Sequence record: ON529850.1
DNA: 64,000 nucleotides
Direction: 5' to 3' (one strand)
Shown here one piece after another: positions 62,601 to 64,000 of the stretch. Position 1 is the first letter of the stretch. Every line of letters begins with the position of its first letter. The notes below the pieces were generated by a model. It was not told where the DNA came from. It did not search any database and worked only from the letters and a program-made list of their open reading frames with translations. Position numbers and translations under genes: made by a program.

Positions 62601-62721
62601 TGCTGCCACCGCCCGCGCCGCCCCACAGCTTGAACGTCAGTGCGCCGCCGGTGGCGATCGTATAGGTCTGTGCCGAACCTGCGTAAGTATAGGAGGACTT
62701 GCCGGAAGGAAGATCAGCCAT
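53659..62721 (-). CDS. Giant glycine-rich repeat virion protein (3020 aa, 8 tandem ~295-aa modules)
   Basis: Eight copies of K.WGGGG...GGWP(D/N)GG...GGGG.TR...GGGGGGYYGG...D.DY..G...GGDG, then a non-repetitive C-terminal region of about 600 aa. Confidence 0.88.
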   Translation of the reverse strand: MADLPSGKSSYTYAGSAQTYTIATGGALTFKLWGGAGGGSNASNVAPRVGYGGAGGFVSGEVVVSAGDTVKIEVGGGGRTDPLTGAAASLGGWPDGGNGGYAFTIRAAGGGGGSTRLYVNNVLIAVAAGGGGANHNETGASTALGFGGAGGGLVGEDGFGATNVRGWGGTQTAGGASAITGSTPNKPGSSLKGGNGFVANADSYNGGGGGGGYFGGGAGAFQWSTTNSSGAGGGSSYLHPSVASPLNVGGTGKTPPKTDDADYVAGVAVGADNGSTGVMALPAGNGLAVLNIAAVVIPPIPAGKTILDTTGAVKSFVADRNTTLDIKAWGGAGAPAHRSDGTAGVGGASGGGGFVSGKIAVVPGDLVEISVGQGGQGGDGRTGSESGGKGGWPNGGNGAKYFSVGQLGGGGGATIVKINGVVMLVAGGGGGAGMGYASGGYGGPGGGLTGQNGYAANSSTADYSSDSYRGIGGSQAGPGVSPYKASYNGVGQRGGDGYDASVGETITSNANNAGAGGGGGYYGGSGSASTGTFVPGGGAGGGSSYIHPSVVNGLTQTGVITTGAPGAASDSDRGGKAEGRAVSSSNRGIGAPGGDGRVVFLAIDPPTPIGRGKFTLPFEGFAKSYEVTETSDLSFKLWGGGGSGASVIDTRPLSYGGPGGFVSGVARFNVGDILTVEVGSGGSNPGAIGSGASNGGWPDGGRGGFFANSRTAGAGGGSTRIYKNGVLIAVAGAGGGGNVHENTTTTRGYGGAGGGFTGGDGDAAGAWRGTGGTQLAGGVCMARGADAVSAGGYLRGGSGGSSTIAVDVSNATGNVGAGGGGGYYGGGGSSGLASGNSSGAGGGSSFIHPAVNNGVTEMGVAQNPPRASDPDYATGVAAGSVQSGPTAQALPGGPGRAVLDLGPPAPTPELPSGKTSLAFKGAPVEYKIAADSLLQVKLWGGAGAGGYANSGTRYAGAGGFTHAAIPVKAGDTVRIEVGQGGRKPLVTTEGGLGGWPDGGNGGYVSASYCGGGGGGSTRIFVNDVLAAVAGAGGGVGGAFFSGSGGYYYGEHGGSSNYGAGGTQAAGGYSVGRYGDASATGGYLRGGNGYGEGETRTTQNTRNGGGGGGGYYGGGSGGSSAGSGGGSGYVNPLYDGYSVRWNNGKTGGTDSGAANNSGSNGVPNATDPDYVAGVAASGYGTSNINSVTNGGDGLAVLTLGAQQTVPPERTLLHVGAANQTWTATKAGKVTIRAWGAGPGGVAGTGTLANGGAGGMISFTRDVVPGDTFSFQVAQGGRGPTETTGGVGGWPDGGNGGMGSAAIGWGGGGGSTRIYFNSSLMAVAGGGGAAGSGIGTALGGGGGGETGGDGGPASNLNYANGLGGTQSAGGVNKLYTTDASYAGAYLKGGNGYPVGGSTASVGEGIGPGGGGGYYGGAGGCDTVAGAVTVAGGAGGGSSLVPLNGTNAAASSYNPLGTELPEYVNGVARPGNAVSVLTQPWASEGGDGQVFIRFDETPPAIPLQPTTLATGLNVFNHTATARTITITQKGQVKVNLWGGGGAGPTAGTFRYGGDGGYTAATIDVEPGDVLRVEVGQGGQAFSATGGGPGGWPDGGSGARISGTTGWGGGGGSTRFYKNGVLVMVAGGGGGGGAGSASAAGGAGGGADGGPTNNANLKYGSGGTQVAGGVNSADPTDASYSGAAFKGGNGFKVGNARYTTGSNGLGQTTGPGGGGGYYGGGSGTANSAGQSGSAGGGSNLIPAGGVSVVGLGGTSEPGFVVGTALGSQGSSTLAQNPAPGGDGLAVLNYLIPVDLPTGKTALTAIRSERLYTVTTGGLLKVKLWGGGGAGAARAPSSTPAKAGGGGFAYAEFLVKTGDSVRVDVASAGGVPAPTDTVSGPGGWPDGGRAGKYEAAGTNIGGSGGGSSRVWINGVLQLVAAGGGGSNSWYSTAVTGDGGAGGGRIGQSGVGPASTVGTGGRDYRGGMLRGRAQTSISAGAYLRGGDGFPDGGGADIAASTNAGPGGGGGYYGGAAGNNLAATSAGGAGGGSSYGGPLARNYRLEAGVGQTPAALTDPDYANNAGLGGVQAAKTSILPGGDGRVVMDFTPGATLPPLAEGDTSLLGDRAGSRDFITTFEGGANLNLWGGGGAGSQLVNSTTPQDSLGGAGGHLSGIIMFQPGDIIRVEVGNAGAAPGNFIGGLGGWPDGGGGGPGTYGGGGGGGSTRVWRNGVLVAIAGGGGAGSATSARRGGFGGGLSGGNGIGTTQGAGTGGTQSAGGVGGSTTGGNGNGAALRGGDGFPLDGSETVQGATGASAAGAGAGGGYYGGGGGALNNSTSSGSAGGGSGFLGDMLYEGVTETSDTGTPAGTGKFVYQPGVGIGGTPNFVASPALAGGPGLAVLSVFEGGLSIPATVNVTQIGTILVTSGSGSAEGSKAAQATGSLPVVTVVAPVGTISMGAQGSGDLGESILMMDPKGSATGGIGAYLPTIFVSGDLGGQPQTDALVVTGLGDDLYYPTPPQTTLSAAVNFKVDRLPTIGVQPMNYILGNGFEMFDPLVIGVEGFDGDMSVADMWVGEIDSVIPVTAPEGFGAGNAGWTPPPGTQAIWMVRTEAPKGDLRGPDETGEGDLGGPIRIETILGAGELPFEYTTVPFENDITVGFPSADGTGEGHAIVSNGSQGGPIVTMFVSIQEGAFVEVPANVSRDIGLILVGTPQAAFTRNADVRVNYFDRIYLTPPRGFAAELTAAVVDGDLSDSVILVSPPESEGSGGYSISPTLPAVYVQPAEGYVEDGDRVDVHGAQGVVIRYKRALMQGNVPVALEPLEIALNEFDGLLFAADAQGAVQANRLGRFALGGVAPEGGATGEVLYADGTWRKAAPVYDRPVMLPLPAGDRYLTDFSMDASTSRPSAGRVVYRPFYLARETAFTRFGVTTTVAASGTVRFGVCRWDQTSQTPGEVELSAQVAGSGPVGPKSITQALTLAPGWYAAMLAVTGDQPTFATRRAPSGRAEDLTQVGDLSAPDTGNLMDAPTPTDRETVSEAYVWATI

Positions 62722-62744
62722 CAGCAGAACTCAGACGCAGAAAA

Positions 62745-62769
62745 GCGCCCGGCGGCGAACACCGGGCGC
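62745..62769 (-). terminator. Terminator-like hairpin about 20 nt upstream of the 3020-aa gene
   Basis: gcgcccgg/ccgggcgc followed by tttt on the minus strand. Confidence 0.6.
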
Positions 62770-62885
62770 GTAGAGGTATGGAAAGTGCGGGAAAGTCGCG
62801 CCGACACATCAAACCAAAATGAACCGAAGCCCGCCTTGTAGCACAAAACGGGCTCGATTACCAGGAATAATGTCAGTGACTGCCG

Positions 62886-63299
62886 TTAGTTCTGGAAGCG
62901 CAGGGGCGCCGAGAAGGTCACCGCGAACGACGCGTTCGTCGAGGAGATTTCCTGGTTGAAGTCGACGTAGGCAACCAACGGGTTCGCATTCGGCTGACCG
63001 GCGGCGAAGAAGATCACCGCGCCGCGCGCCGTGACCGTGGCGTTGGACCAGGCCACGTTCGAGAACGACAGATCGACGCGGTTGGCGACGTTGTCCTTCG
63101 AGATCGTGACGGTGGTGCCTTGGCCGCCAGCCGTGTATCCGGTGCCCGTCACCTCATTGGTGACGTCCGAAAAACGCGTGTGCGACTTCTGCGCGGTGTA
63201 GCCGGAGCCGACCAGGGCGACGCGAAAACCGGTGACGTCGAACTGGAGGTCCCCATTGCAGAGGTCCTCGATCATGGAGTTGTAAACGAGAGAGGCCAT
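62886..63299 (-). CDS. Virion structural protein
   Basis: LV...YT....H....DV..EV.GTGYTAGG...F....W....TARGAV.....LVAYVDF, common in phage morphogenesis modules. Confidence 0.72.
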   Translation of the reverse strand: MASLVYNSMIEDLCNGDLQFDVTGFRVALVGSGYTAQKSHTRFSDVTNEVTGTGYTAGGQGTTVTISKDNVANRVDLSFSNVAWSNATVTARGAVIFFAAGQPNANPLVAYVDFNQEISSTNASFAVTFSAPLRFQN

Positions 63300-63349
63300 G
63301 GGTTCTGTCTCCTAGAGGCCGTTGAAGTGTGGTTCCGACCGGCCCCCGG

Positions 63350-64000
63350 TCAGAAAGTGCCGCCGTCGATCTTGACGTTGGTGAGGATGACGCTGTCCAG
63401 CTTGCCGCCAGTGACGTCGATGTTGTCGGCGTTTTGCACCGCCATGGTTCCGAGATCGCCGCCCGACCCCGAGCCGACCCCGGTCGTGCCGATGTAGCGG
63501 TAGGCTTCGAAGTAGACGCCGTGACTGGCGACTGAGACCGCGCCGGTCCCGATCGTGGCGGTCTTGCCCGCAGGGATCGTGCCCGTAAAAATCAGGACGC
63601 CGGCGGCGTAGTCGAACACCCACTCCTCGCCCGTCGTGTCGGGAAAGATTCGGGCCGCCGGCCCGACGCTGGGGTCGCCGATGAAAACCCGAACCGCGTA
63701 GCCCGAGCCGAAAGTCGGTGCGATGAAGTTGGTCGCGCGACTGTTGACGTCATCGGGCGTGGTCGTCGCCAGCCAGGCCACGTTTGCAGGTGAGGTCGGA
63801 TCGACCGTCGCCTTAATACGCTGCGCGCCCTCATAAGCTTGAATGATGGCGTTCGCGACCGGGGTCGCGGGAATATCATCACCCTGTTGCCAGACCGATG
63901 ACGGAAGCACAGGCGAGGGCGAAGCGATCGTTTCGTTCGAGCCGAACTTGATCGCGGCGCCGGCCGTCTTTGAGACGCCGAAGATGATCTTCTTCCAGAG
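63350..64000 (-). CDS. Virion structural protein (5'-truncated by the window edge)
   Basis: Frame open to 64000 (LWKKIIFGVSKT...); NFI.PTFGSGY.V, EW.FDY.AGVL.F, YRY.G. Confidence 0.72.
   Translation of the reverse strand, partial: LWKKIIFGVSKTAGAAIKFGSNETIASPSPVLPSSVWQQGDDIPATPVANAIIQAYEGAQRIKATVDPTSPANVAWLATTTPDDVNSRATNFIAPTFGSGYAVRVFIGDPSVGPAARIFPDTTGEEWVFDYAAGVLIFTGTIPAGKTATIGTGAVSVASHGVYFEAYRYIGTTGVGSGSGGDLGTMAVQNADNIDVTGGKLDSVILTNVKIDGGTF

Noticed and set aside
1-64000. Alternative genetic code (stop-codon reassignment)
   Set aside because: Long genes are intact under the standard code, and no tRNA with a CUA, UUA or UCA anticodon was found.

Overview
A 64-kb segment of a GC-rich jumbo tailed-phage genome. 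It most resembles phiCbK-like siphophages of Caulobacter/Brevundimonas; this is inferred from GapR, DUF4170, GTA-like tail-tip genes and a large tRNA array. Every credible gene is on the minus strand, so transcription runs right to left. In that order: virion proteins, including a 3020-aa protein with 8 glycine-rich modules; about 32 tRNA genes plus a tmRNA-like gene (42.4-51.3 kb) interleaved with def, gapR and a phosphoesterase; a PAS-only protein and PhoH; head-tail joining genes, tail tube, a frameshifted tail chaperone, tape measure, a duplicated tail tip and a 2660-aa fibre; a MazG-like gene and a class II aaRS-like gene; a lysis cassette with two muralytic enzymes; a DNA methyltransferase. 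The most unusual signals are RNA-level: (1) a ~580-nt structured non-coding transcript with its own consensus promoter and terminator (1201-1816); (2) leader-peptide/terminator/antiterminator (attenuator-like) modules in front of tRNA operons; (3) several tRNAs with non-canonical folds; (4) a 218-nt one-piece tmRNA-like RNA; (5) two further structured RNA candidates inside the tRNA array. All RNA folds were read by eye and protein families were recognised from motifs; no database searches or folding programs were run.
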